From: Oopsacas minuta
Taxonomy: Eukaryota; Animalia; Porifera
DNA length: 64,000 nt
Direction: 5' to 3'
Assembly: GCA_024704765.1 (NCBI GenBank)
Contig: JAKMXF010000316.1
Coordinates: 325,908 to 389,907, forward strand
Shown: in pieces, positions 38,866 to 50,280 of the stretch
How positions within the stretch are numbered: position 1 is the first letter of the stretch
How the letters are laid out: every line of letters begins with the position of its first letter
The notes under the pieces: generated by a model
Told to the model about the DNA's origin: nothing
Databases searched by the model: none
Seen by the model: only the letters and a program-made list of their open reading frames with translations
Program-made: the position numbers and the translations under genes

Positions 38866-39277
38866 AACTAATATTACAGAAGAGAGAAATGTTCGAGAAG
38901 TTGATTAATTGAACAAAATAAAACAATCGAATTACGTATGTACTATTATACAATTCAAAATATGCATTCACTTTCAAATACACAATGATTCTATTAAGTT
39001 ATGGTATACTTTCAAAGTATATTAAAATTCCGAATAATTATGTAACAGACTGGATATTGAAGTATCACACATAGCATCTTTGTTGTAATGTCACACGTTC
39101 AATATTGTTATTTAATACACGACAAACAATAATAACCTACTCAAATTCAAGATTTCTGGGGGGGATAATTGTGCTTGGGTGGGGAAGGTTCCAGGGGCCC
39201 CCCTCTGTATGAAACCCTGTTCTGGGCCTGAAAATTTTTTGGCAATAGTCACAATACAGGCTCACTAACTAGTAGTA

Positions 39278-42200
39278 CACAGTGTGGCAATATGGGGAAA
39301 TAGGCATATTTTAAAAAACATATTTCAATGCATTTTTCGAACTCTCCATAGTTCAATTAGTACGAAAATATCATTGGCAGCATTAGAAGCAGTTAGGAAT
39401 CCTAACTACGCACAACTTTGTTATGTGTTTCTAATAATAGAAATATATATTTTCAAACCTCAAATTCCTATGCCCTAATGTATGTAATCATATTTGATGT
39501 AAATACTAAATATAAGAGTGAAAAACATCTTCTGATAATAAATCTATATTGTAACAACAATTTAATCATTGATAGGTTAGTCTAGATATTCATTTGTACT
39601 TTTTTCCGGGTGTCTAGTTTGGCCCTCCCAAAGTTATAATTTCGAATTTTTTCTCATTGATTGAAGTGTAGCATCTCTTGTTTGACAAAATTTGACAAAA
39701 CGTTATTAATATATACGTAATGTTACTATATTTAGTCAACTATTTAATCACTTTCCAGGCTTGCCAAAAGCTGCCCAAAAATTTATCACGTCATTCATTG
39801 TCCGGACCGGACAAAAATCCGAAAAATATATTTTTCATACGTTTTAAATTTTTTCAGTAAAATTCTATATTTTGCTGGTTATTAGTTATTCCAATACTCT
39901 ACAATCATATATCATAATGTTTCTATGTTAAAGTAGCCCTTTTGCGGATAATGTCTGTACTAATCACCAACAATGAGGCATATAGTTTGTATATTTCGAA
40001 TAGAAGAAGTGTTACAGTCTCTGTTAGGAAACTTATTGAGAACAACCATTTATCCGAAGAAGAAACTGCTACTCTTCATTTAAAATTTAAATCACTTCTA
40101 ACATCCAGAGAGGCTTACCGCAGGAAGGATCTTGAAACATGGATAATATGATTTTCCACTCTACTCATCTAACAATATCCAATCCAAGAAAGAGAATATC
40201 GCTTGATCCTGAATTTTCTTCTTTAGTCACTGATTCTGAAAATCGAAACTTTTCAGAACAGAATGTAACTGAATCCCGGAAGCATATTCTCGAATGTCAC
40301 ATGAAGACTTCCAGATCGAGACTTGGTGTTCTTTTAGAGCATGTGGACTTTTTAGCAGAGAGAGAAAAGATTGAGCCTAAACAACTACTCGCTCTAGCTT
40401 TAGAATTAGTCTCAAATATATCCTATGACCGTGATACTTCAGACATGTGCAGAGAAATAATTGATAAGGGATCTTTTAGCGGTGTATTGAACAAAGTACA
40501 AATCTCTAAATGTGCTTATATATTGGACAGATTAGAAATTGGGGCGAGTAAATACACGAATCTGAAAAGAATTCTCAAAGGTGATGTTAAGCTTCCTTCC
40601 TATAAACTTGTCTCGCAATATCGTAGGGAAATAAGCCTAATAAATGAAATGGAAATAGTCAGAGACCCCGAAGCATTGTCAATTGGGACTTGCGTCTCTT
40701 ACCATTCCATCCTTAGTCTGACCATTCAACGATTGCTTTCAACATTAGACCCAGTTCCTGATTCACACTACCCACTAAAAATTAAGATATCTGATGGGTT
40801 GGATGGCTCCGGTTGTCATCAAACCTATAACCAACAAAGCAACAATTCTGCATTAAGCACAAAAACTTTCATTTTGTTCGGATTCAAAGTAATATCAATT
40901 ACAGACACACTTGGAAATGACGTGTTCTATAACAGCTCACCCAACTCTCCGTTCTGCTTTAGGCCAGTAGCACTGATAGCTCTGAAAGAAGATTATTCTA
41001 GTGTAAAGCTTATCATGAATACAATAGTCAATCCTCAAACAGACCATATCATACAGGATGGGTTATCTCTTATTGGAGGCCATGCACAGGTCGAGATAGT
41101 CCGTTCCCTTTTTGATACCAAGATGGCAGGATTGCTGGATGGAGCTGGTGGGGCTTCTTGTCATCTGTGTACTGCAACGGATAGCCAAATTAAAAGTTTA
41201 GAATGGGCCCATTCTGGTTTCCCTATTAACAGACTAATTAGCGACGCTCGGCAACTTTTTGAAGAGGTTGATGAAGAAGATTACTTGAAACTCCCATCAA
41301 ATCAACGTGTTGGTATTACGCATCAACCAACTTCTAACATCGATATTATAGCTGCATGTCCTTTGCATGCTTACCTTTGTGTATTCAGGTGGTTCATGCT
41401 GTTGATATACCATCTTGATGCAGGACACAAGGTATGGGCGCCATCAAACTCGAAAGTAAATTTTTCCATGAAACGGGTTCGAGCTATACTCCAGGAAAGA
41501 TGTAATTTCAGTGTCGATATCCCTTCAAGCCAGGGCGGCACTTCAACCACTGGTAACATTGCGCGAGACTGCTTTTTAAATAAGAGAGACTTTTTGACGT
41601 GGGCCACTTCTTCCATTAATCCTTCAGATAAAATATCATTAGAGAAGATCCAGACAAATCTATCTGTTTTGTTAAGACTCCTCAACAGTGGTGACTTGAT
41701 TAACTGTGACAAAATGCAAGAATTGTGCAAAGAAACGTACGAATTTATTCTAATTGAGTACCCATGGGCAAGCATCACTCCATCTTTGCACAAGTTACTT
41801 GCCCATTCGTTTCAGTTAATAGGTGCTTATAATAATGGTAAGGGATTACAGAATCTCTCTGAGGAATGTTTAGAATCCTGCAATAAATTTGTAAGGCGGT
41901 ATCGGGAGAATCTTGCAAGAAAAACTTCTTTCACTGATAATGTTAGAGATATTTTAGTCAGGTTGTTATGTTGTAGTGACCCCATCTTAGTACAGAATCG
42001 TTTGATGCACGCAAAGAAGAAAAGAGACGTTGCAAATAGCCTCCAAGAGATATTATATAATAGTATACTATCAGATGATTTATGATAATAAGTATATCCA
42101 ATAGTCATACATAATTAAGGGTCTTTAAATTGTACGTTATCAAATAGCAGAATAGAGACCATGACATGCATGTATTATCAACTTTCATAATATCCTCACT

Positions 42201-42391
42201 AATGAACCACAAGTGTTAAAAATTAGAAAATGTCAGTAATTACGTCATAACTAGGTTTATAGTCGTGCTACTAAATAATCATTGGTATTTTTGAAATCTA
42301 CAGTGTCGATTTAGTATATGTAAGTATAACTGTGGCGATAATACAGATTCATTTATCTATTTCCCCATTATGGCCATTTTGCCACACTGTG
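39278..42391 (+). mobile_element. RAG1-like/Transib transposon, family A, full length (3114 bp)
   Basis: Ends CACAGTGTGGCAA..ATGGGGAAATAG on both sides. Perfect 5-bp TSD TAGTA (39273-39277 and 42392-42396). Single ORF. An empty-site paralog exists at 34500-34665. Confidence 0.96.
40139..42085 (+). CDS. RAG1-like transposase (648-aa ORF; ~711 aa from ATG 39951 if a 1-bp deletion near 40141 is corrected)
   Basis: RAG1/Transib core motifs are intact: DGLDGSG (D), SLFDTKM (D), CHLC and HKLLAH (Zn ligands), PLHAY, TTGNIAR, LSEECLESCNKFVRRYRE.LARK (E) and terminal CCSDP. Confidence 0.93.
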   Translation: MDNMIFHSTHLTISNPRKRISLDPEFSSLVTDSENRNFSEQNVTESRKHILECHMKTSRSRLGVLLEHVDFLAEREKIEPKQLLALALELVSNISYDRDTSDMCREIIDKGSFSGVLNKVQISKCAYILDRLEIGASKYTNLKRILKGDVKLPSYKLVSQYRREISLINEMEIVRDPEALSIGTCVSYHSILSLTIQRLLSTLDPVPDSHYPLKIKISDGLDGSGCHQTYNQQSNNSALSTKTFILFGFKVISITDTLGNDVFYNSSPNSPFCFRPVALIALKEDYSSVKLIMNTIVNPQTDHIIQDGLSLIGGHAQVEIVRSLFDTKMAGLLDGAGGASCHLCTATDSQIKSLEWAHSGFPINRLISDARQLFEEVDEEDYLKLPSNQRVGITHQPTSNIDIIAACPLHAYLCVFRWFMLLIYHLDAGHKVWAPSNSKVNFSMKRVRAILQERCNFSVDIPSSQGGTSTTGNIARDCFLNKRDFLTWATSSINPSDKISLEKIQTNLSVLLRLLNSGDLINCDKMQELCKETYEFILIEYPWASITPSLHKLLAHSFQLIGAYNNGKGLQNLSEECLESCNKFVRRYRENLARKTSFTDNVRDILVRLLCCSDPILVQNRLMHAKKKRDVANSLQEILYNSILSDDL

Positions 42392-42520
42392 TAGTATGCA
42401 CATTACACAAGACTAAAACACTCATTTCAATACTGAACCACTATACTATACTATACTCGGCACAGTGAAGTTAATCCCTATACCACTATACGTGTATTGA
42501 CCAGTTTGTTGGTCTATACC

Positions 42521-42689
42521 CAAGATGTAAACAAGATTTTGCTTAGGGGGGAAACGATTGATCACACCCTATAAAGAGCACTTTCCCATGTAAATAGTAT
42601 CATACATATTGTTATTGTTATCATAATACCTAATATTTGGAATTCTGGGTAGAGTCCCTGGGCAAACCTCCCCTCTATATGAAACCCTG
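42521..42689. mobile_element. Small CAGGG-type hAT-like MITE; empty-site paralog of 59898-62833
   Basis: Ends in TGAAACCCTG; internal GATTGATCACACCCTATAAAG is shared with 59935 onward; flanks ATACC/ATACT. Confidence 0.65.
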
Positions 42690-44316
42690 ATACTAACAAT
42701 CTGTTCAATCATACCTATCGTTTAATTTGAATCATTCCTCCATCCTAGTCGCTACGTAGTTATTTACTCATAATCATTTAGTCACGATTTGATTTGAATA
42801 TCTTCATTAAATATTATCCACATTAGTGCTGGGAAAAATGTCACTACAATACATTATATTATGATGAAATTTTAGAGCTCTATCTGAAAAATTCTCTCAA
42901 ATATTTCAGATTTTGGCTAGCATCCCCTAATTTTGGCCTGAAATCACGCGGCCATAAGGGTAAAGTATATCCAAATACGCACACATTTAGTAAAAATTGA
43001 TGAAATATGACCTATTATATGAATAGTATCTACTGTATGTTTATAACATGATGTATTTATTTCAGAGCCCTATCTTATATAGTTTTATGATATTTGCTCT
43101 CAAAGGCCAACTTCTCAGTCCCCCTGCATGCCAGATTTTGGCTTCCAGAGGGGGGTACCCATGGAAATACCCATGAATTTGACACTATGTGGATGGGCAT
43201 CAACAATACTGTATTGTACTATGAGTATATGGACTAATTATGCATATATATAATGCAATTTGTAATAAATTGCTATTTTCCATGGGAAAAGTGGCGTTTC
43301 TTCTTCCTCGATTTACTAAAAACTTTTCAGCCACCATTGTCCCATGTCTCAAAATGCATAACTCAGCAAGTATACAAGCTAGATTCAAAACCTCAACGGT
43401 TTGGGGGAGATCTCACACCGTTGAGAAAAGTAAGTTGAAAGGATATACAATATAAGTTGAAATGTGAAATTTATTGAATTTTCAAATGTTACCCGGAGAT
43501 AAATTGATAGATAAAGTAGAGTGAGGTATATGATTGCTCCTTTCTATAAATCGAAATTCTAATTTAACTTACTTTTCTTTCTAGGCGATTTCAAACAAAA
43601 ATCTATTTCGATTACTGTTATATCCTTGCTCAACTTATCATTATATATTTTGAAAGTTTACCAGTTTCAAATTTCAAATTTTTTATTATATTTAGTTGTT
43701 AGTTATTATTGCCTTTTGGACACTCGACGATGTTCCAAAATCCTCCATAAATTTCAAAGAGATTAATCAACTAGAACTTATAGCAGATACGACCCTATAA
43801 TCCATCAGGTCCCTTTGCATATTCTCAAATACAAGATAGTGATAGAAGACTCCAACTATCTAATATTCTACAATCCAAGTTCTTTTCTTTAATATTATCA
43901 TCTGGTAGGGAAAATTATTTGGGTATGTTTGTCAAAATATTGATGATTAATACTCCAATTTTGATCGATTACAATTTATTCCCATTATTCAGATAAGTTC
44001 ATCATAACTTGAATGCTGTTGTAGATTATGTCCAGTTTCTTACAGGAAAATATCAAATAAATACATTTCAAGTTACAATTTCTTACCAATTGATAACACT
44101 GATCAACAGATTATGTGCAGATTTATGTGATTATTTATTTGCCTTCACAAATTGTATTCCTTTAGGATATATCGACTATCCTGATTCCGAAGATACAATC
44201 AGTTTCTCAATCAGCTCTTGTTTTTCAGATATTGCAATTTTAAATTTCGCAATATTTGTAGATTTTCGGGGAATTCGATACTATTTCCCAGGAATTTTAG
44301 ATTTATATTGTATATA

Positions 44317-45230
44317 CAGTCAAGGGACAAAAGTATTCGACCACACGAATATATTGTCATAAATTGTATACTCTTTCCCGCTCCTATATATTGTGTAGTC
44401 TATATTCGTAGCTGCAATCTAGTAATTTCCATAGAATAACGTATGTTTTTCAAGAATTTCAAAAATATATTTTCGATTTACACTTTCTGAAGGTGTTAAT
44501 TATGAATAATTATTAGATAATTATTGATAATCAAATATGTGGTAATTCAAAGCCTATTAAGAATCTATAATTTCTGACTTGATATTTGAATTCTACGTAG
44601 GCGAGTTACCCCAGATTGAAATTTCCAATCGAATTGAACAACTTTTACTAAAGTTATAGAAGAATTTCAATTTGTCCCACTTGTGCCACTCTTTGAAAAA
44701 GTGGCACAGGTGGCAGGAAAAAGCGCCACTACAAGGAAATCAACTAGGGTTAGGAGGAATAAGTCAAAGTACTATTTTCGAATGATATGACTATGCTAAC
44801 CCTTGAATTACAAAATAACTCCTTGGTAGCGGCCACTTGTGCCACCTTGGGCAAAAGGTGGCACAAATGGCACAAATTGGAATTCTTCTATAACTTTGGT
44901 AAAAGCTGTTCAATTCGATTGGAAATTTCAATCTGGGGTAACTCGCCTACGTAGAATTCAAATATCAAGTCAGAAATTATAGATTCTTAATAGGCTTTGA
45001 ATTACCACATATTTGATTATCAATAATTATCTAATAATTATTGACAATTAACACCTTCAGAAAGTGTAAATCGAAAATATTTTTTTGAAATTCTTGAAAA
45101 ACATATGTTATTCTATGGAAATTACTAGATTGCAGCTACGAATATAGACTACACAATATATAGGAGCGGGAAAGAGTATACAATTTATGACAATATATTT
45201 GTGTGGTCGAATACTTTTGTCCCTTGACTG
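44317..45230. mobile_element. Tc1-like foldback element with ~370-bp nearly identical inverted arms
   Basis: TA-CAGTCAAGGGACAAAAGTATTCGACCAC ... GTGGTCGAATACTTTTGTCCCTTGACTG-TA. Arms ~44317-44690 and ~44858-45230; no ORF. Confidence 0.9.
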
Positions 45231-48200
45231 TATGTGTTCAATACTCTTTCGTGTAGTACACATTATCTGCTTCATTTTTACTGTTTTCAGCTAAGCTTGG
45301 CCCTACTGTATTATACCAATTGAAATTTCAAAGGTGTTGGACACGTGGCTCCCATTCTCAAACGGGCTTCTCCAACCTAAAGTGTCCATAATCTTCACAA
45401 CTCCTATATTATATTGAATAAATTGTAATAGTTGATCTGTATATGTTCTGAAGAAAAGTTATCGTTTAGTTGATTATTTTTAGTGATATGGAAAATAATT
45501 GTTGCTTCATCATATTATTACGTCACTTATATTTCAATATTTTTATATTGGCTGTCAATCTGTGGGTATATGAGTCATGAAGCGACATTCTACAGGATGT
45601 GAATAATACATATCGGGCACTACTTCGATATAACGGCAACTTTATATAGTAGTCACCTCCAATAAGGTCTAGATTTAACAACTCTTGGCTGGCTATCATT
45701 TAGTATTCAAAATTATTTATTTGTGGTTCTAAGACCAGAAATATCTTAATCACAACATAGCTATAGGGTCTAGCAAAGATGAGTCGTTCTACTATGCATA
45801 TAAAAGTTAAGGGTGGATATACTATGCAAATTCCTTGTAAGAAACACAAACCATTTACAAGTGATTCTAAATTTACGTCTCAATTTCACTAAAATCTTTG
45901 ATACTGTACCTGGAATCGCCTAAATGGGATTGAATTCCTAATTAAGCAATTATCCTTCTCGAAATATTCGGTTAATCAGGATGGAAGTCCAGAATGTGAG
46001 CACTAATATTCTTCAAAGTATTTGTTAATCAAGATAAGAAATCCCGATTAACCGATTGCATAAATAATTTTAGTAAATATTTGTAATATAGTATTTAAGT
46101 ACTATATTACAAATATTTGGATAGAAACTAAAATGTACAGTACACTCTCGTTATAACAAAATGCTCGGGACCCTGCTTTCATTTCGTTTTAGCGCAATAA
46201 AATCTATCCCTTTCAAGGTATCAGTCGTAAGGAATCATCAAAGTAAGGGACTGCTAGTAAAAATATTTTACACAAATTCTTGTAGGACATGGATAGATTT
46301 ACACAATAGAGTTCGGATAAGACGTACTCCTTTGGAAACATAATATGTACTTCTTAACCGAGTGTACGTCTAATCCAAATAGGTATTGTAATAGAATGGA
46401 TACTAACTAATTTTTTTGGAATATAAGAAAGAGTATGTCTTAAGCTGAGTACATCTTATCCAAATTCTACCGAGTTATTATGACAAGACATACATGTAGT
46501 TGTCGACAGTAATATTACCTTTGTATAAAAACTCAATGATATTTGTTCGGATGGATTGATGAACAACTGGTAAGAGCTAGAAATTCAAGGGCCAATTTCT
46601 TTGCCATCTAATGGCCAATAATTTTAAAATACTGCTATACCTGTGTAAGTCCAACCTCTATAGCGACCACTTGTACATACCGGCGAATTTTGAAAAGTCC
46701 CTTCTGTGTCCTTCTATTATACAAGTTTCACTGTATTTTTGATTTAGTGAGTAGAACATAATAAAAATTATATAAGTATAGTGAGAATTAAGATAACTGC
46801 ATTAACTAACACAATATTTTTAATCATTAAGTATATTTCTAGCAACGGTTTCCCATATATTGGAGTAAAAGTGGGTGAATACACTACCATAGCCGCCGAA
46901 CCAGGAAGGGGTAGGAGAGGCTCGACCCCCTCTGGGATCGTTCAAGGTGCTAGAATGTTCCAAGTCCCTGGAATATACAACTAATAAAATATGCGGGATA
47001 TTTTCAAATAATAGTCCTGGCTATTATTCGAGTAGGGCTCGTTTAAGAATAAATGTTGCCATTAACTAGAACTTATTTGTTTACGTGGAAACACAATAAA
47101 ATATTGTGTGTTGCTTAAATATTATGATTCTAAAATTATCCCAAATTCGTTCCAACTTCTTAGAAATAATTTGAAAAGTGGGAGATCTGAGGGGCTTGGC
47201 GTTAGACCGCGAGATTATTCCAAATATCGGGAGGGTTGGCAGCCCTGAGATTTTGGTCAAGGTAAAGCTTCATGACCATTTACTAATCTTGGCCAACATG
47301 GCTAAACATAAACATACCAAACTTGGCCAAATATGTCGACCTGGATGAAGTTATGATACAAATTTTCGAACAAGTTAGCTATCTCTCATGAGGGTTTGAG
47401 AAACCCTGGTCTAGGTGGTTAGAGTTAATACCAATGACAATAGTGATACAACCGGTTTTTTTACACCGGATTTTCTCACTTATCCTATTTTTCTTAGTTT
47501 ATTTTCTTACTACGATAATTTTTTACTTTATCTCCGTGCAAAGAGATAGTAAGAAAAAACTAGTTTCTACTGTATGCTGATCTACAATCGTTGCTTATTG
47601 AAGTAGGGTGGCCAGCATGTTTAGGTCTAAATCATGTACATTTGAGCATTTGCACCGAAAATTCCTGGACTTTCCTTGACTTAATTGTTTAAATCCTGGA
47701 CAAGATCCCTGGCACTATATTATTTGTAAGTATATGTATACACCTATGAATTGATGTTTAATTTTCTGTTAGAAATAGCTTGTAACCTCATTTAAAATGC
47801 TTGCCTTTGTATTGCTAGTTTAAGAATTTAAATATCTTTCTATTCAAAATAATAATCTCGAGAATCCTATTCATATAACTTCTGGACACATTGTACTGTC
47901 CAGGATCCTGGACAATTTTCCCCCTATATTAGAATTATGGAATTGATTCTAACACAATTTTCCAAAATCTACAATGAACGGAAATAAGTCATCGTACATG
48001 CAGTACCAGTGCCTTAGTTATTAGAATGCTATGGCTGATTTTTCAGGGTGCATGCTATTGACGTCGTAAATTTGAGTCCTGCTTATCAGGTCGCCCAGAA
48101 ACTTTACGTCAGGGGCGTGCTTTGACACCAAAAGTAGTCGAAAGCTGGAATTCGAGAATTTAGCATTTATTTTCGATAAGTATTATAGATATTGGATAAG

Positions 48201-48457
48201 ATAGGACAAAATTCAGTCTATGAAATATATGATAACTCCTGGTAATGTTCCGAGTTTTTAGGTAAACTCCAGGTAGGTATAGGCATCTGTGCCGCACGGA
48301 CATTTCTGGGTGCACTTGTAGTTTACGGGGCTTATGGTACATACATATATATATTCTCCAGGAGTCTATATGCTAGAATGAAGCGGGAATTTTAGTTGTC
48401 CGTTATACTCTTGATGTATACAACTTGGATATTTATATTCTTATTTTTCTAGGGAAG

Positions 48458-49441
48458 ATGAATAAACAAGGCGAATTCTTTCCTAAATTACTTCTTTTCT
48501 TTTTCTATTTAATATCTTTAATCGTTTTCCTTTCGATATATATGTTTCCATCCACATCCAATCTCCAGTTTTCTGAAATTTCCTTTGAAAGTATGTACAG
48601 TACTTACATCCAGGAGTACGTCATTAATGCGACTGCTGAAATAATGGATAACAAATCTGCCCCGCGAATTTTATGTTGGGTTTGTACCTATCCCGATTCT
48701 AGTAATTCGGTGTTCAAATCCTACGAATTATGGGGCCAATACCTTGACAAAACAATTTACGTATCTAACAATATATCTCTTCTTCAACCTCTTTCAGCAT
48801 TACACTTTCCTGTGGATCATGAAACTCGTAGTCAACTCTGGAAAAAAACAATGTTTTCCTTCATCTATCTACTAAATAATTTTGGTACACACTTTGATTG
48901 GTTTATGAAGGCAGATGATGATACATTTGTTGTCCCCAATAATCTCTATAAATTTTTGGCCAATTATAATTCTTCTGAGCCTCATTATTTCGGGCGAGAA
49001 TTAGTGTTAAATGGTGTTATATATTGCTCTGGTGGTGGTGGCTATATAATCAGTAGGACAGCTCTGGAAATCTTTGTCAAAGGTCTTGACAGTGTTTGTA
49101 AAGATCAAAAATTTGGAGTAGTAGAAGATTATGAATTTGGTCGTTGTTTAAATCGTTTAGGAATATATCCTGAAGATAGCAGAGACAAATTTGGACGTTA
49201 TCGGTTTAACCATCTATCTCTTCGCTACCATTTACTCACTCCCAAAGGCCAACTCCCTGAATGGGTATATACAATGTCTAAATATCCAATAATAGAGGGA
49301 AAAAATTGCTGCGCAGCTGATGTGATTACTTTTCATTATATGAACGAGGAAGATAGTCTCGAATTGTATAAACTATTGTTAGAGCCACCAAAGAATTTAA
49401 TAAATCCATCGAAATTGTACAACTTCTTTTCGATAGAATGA
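48458..49441 (+). CDS. C1GALT1: Core 1 beta-1,3-galactosyltransferase (T-synthase, GT31); uninterrupted CDS
   Basis: N-terminal TM segment; RILCWV, LWKKT, FDWFMKADDDTFV, YCSGGGGYIISR, EDYEFGRCL, DSRDKFGRYRF and CC..VITFHY. First ATG is at 48458, just after a likely 3' splice site (TTTTTCTAG). Confidence 0.88.
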   Translation: MNKQGEFFPKLLLFFFYLISLIVFLSIYMFPSTSNLQFSEISFESMYSTYIQEYVINATAEIMDNKSAPRILCWVCTYPDSSNSVFKSYELWGQYLDKTIYVSNNISLLQPLSALHFPVDHETRSQLWKKTMFSFIYLLNNFGTHFDWFMKADDDTFVVPNNLYKFLANYNSSEPHYFGRELVLNGVIYCSGGGGYIISRTALEIFVKGLDSVCKDQKFGVVEDYEFGRCLNRLGIYPEDSRDKFGRYRFNHLSLRYHLLTPKGQLPEWVYTMSKYPIIEGKNCCAADVITFHYMNEEDSLELYKLLLEPPKNLINPSKLYNFFSIE

Positions 49442-49780
49442 AAGCTGACTATGAATGAGATCCATATTTTTATAGCTCAAGTTGGCAAGGAATGTTTATA
49501 TCATATATCCTATATCAATTACTATATATGCGAGTCCGGGATGCTTAACACTTATTGCTCCCATTTAATATAAATTCTATTTCATTCTACAATAAATAAC
49601 TCATATATCAATTATTAGATACAAAGATGGTTACTAAAGGCCCAACGGCACGGGATTCTCCGCTGGGGGTAATAATAATTGATATTGGCATAGACACCTA
49701 TATAAACTAACCAGTATTTGAAAACCACCAATTGTCCAATTCTTGATACAGACAATAGGAACATTTTATATGTATTAGAT

Positions 49781-50280
49781 CAGGGGTCCTCAACCTTTCT
49801 CAATCGAGGGCCACATTAGTTATATGAACTTGTTCGCGGGCCGCAACTCAAATAATATAATATTTCAACTGCAGATATATTAACATTTTTATTTTAACCC
49901 AGCTTTAAATCATCTAATTTTAATTGGCTATTATCAATTACAAGACACTACCATTATAATTATAACTATTTGTTGAGTATCATTTGGTGATCCGAGCCTG
50001 TTTGCTTTTCACCAATTGGTCTACTTCTACAATCAAATCATGTAGGTGTTCATCAGTCAATCGTGACCGAGTTTTGGATTTCACGATTTTCATTCTGGAA
50101 AAGGTTTGTCCGCAAATATAAGTACTGCCGAATAAAGTAGCCATTCGCATCGCAAGGGCACAAACATTCGGGATAATATTTGAAGGCAGAGTATGATAAA
50201 ATTGCAGTGCGGACAACTCTCCATGTTTTGACCTAAGATCGTTATGTGACTGCAGATCTATGATTTCTAATTGCAGATCC
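49781..50280 (-). mobile_element. GTF2IRD2/Charlie-like hAT 3' end (dimerisation domain and TIR)
   Basis: LFGSTYICGQTFSRMKIVKSKTRSRLTDEHL; terminus CAGGGGTCCTCAAC at 49781. Confidence 0.85.

Larger units (their letters stand above)
37714..39052 (-). mobile_element. Tc1 transposon, full length
   Basis: 26-bp TIRs CAGTCTGTTACATAATTATT(T/C)GGAAT; TA at left, GA at right. Confidence 0.93.
34899..39219 (+). mobile_element. ZNF862-like hAT transposon (ORFs 35341-37665, at least two frameshifts) carrying a nested Tc1; 5-bp TSD
   Basis: TIRs CAGGGTTTCATACAG, flanked by TTCTG/TTCTG. Motifs FSILADECQD, GQGYDGTATFSG, CACHRLQL (across the frameshift), STRWLSHERC and TASVERSFSHMEQIKTRLRNRL. Confidence 0.9.

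Noticed and set aside
39312-39320. TAAAAAACA 27 bp after the family A left heptamer as a true RSS nonamer
   Set aside because: It matches ACAAAAACC at only 6 of 9 positions in AT-rich DNA, and the right end has no counterpart. The shared distal box is ATGGGGAAATAG.
41371-42108. Antisense ORFs overlapping the RAG1-like gene (and similar ones over Tigger, hAT and CMTR1)
   Set aside because: These are shadow ORFs of real coding sequence with no recognisable domains.
42471-42477. Additional CACAGTG/CACTGTG heptamers (also 34551, 27421, 3603)
   Set aside because: They are internal to another dispersed repeat or to transposase coding sequence, and lack the distal boxes and boundary behaviour.
42085-50280. 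RAG2-like partner gene convergent with the RAG1-like ORF
   Set aside because: The element closes at 42391 with its TSD, and no kelch/PHD-like ORF is seen. The only intact ORF in the interval is C1GALT1.
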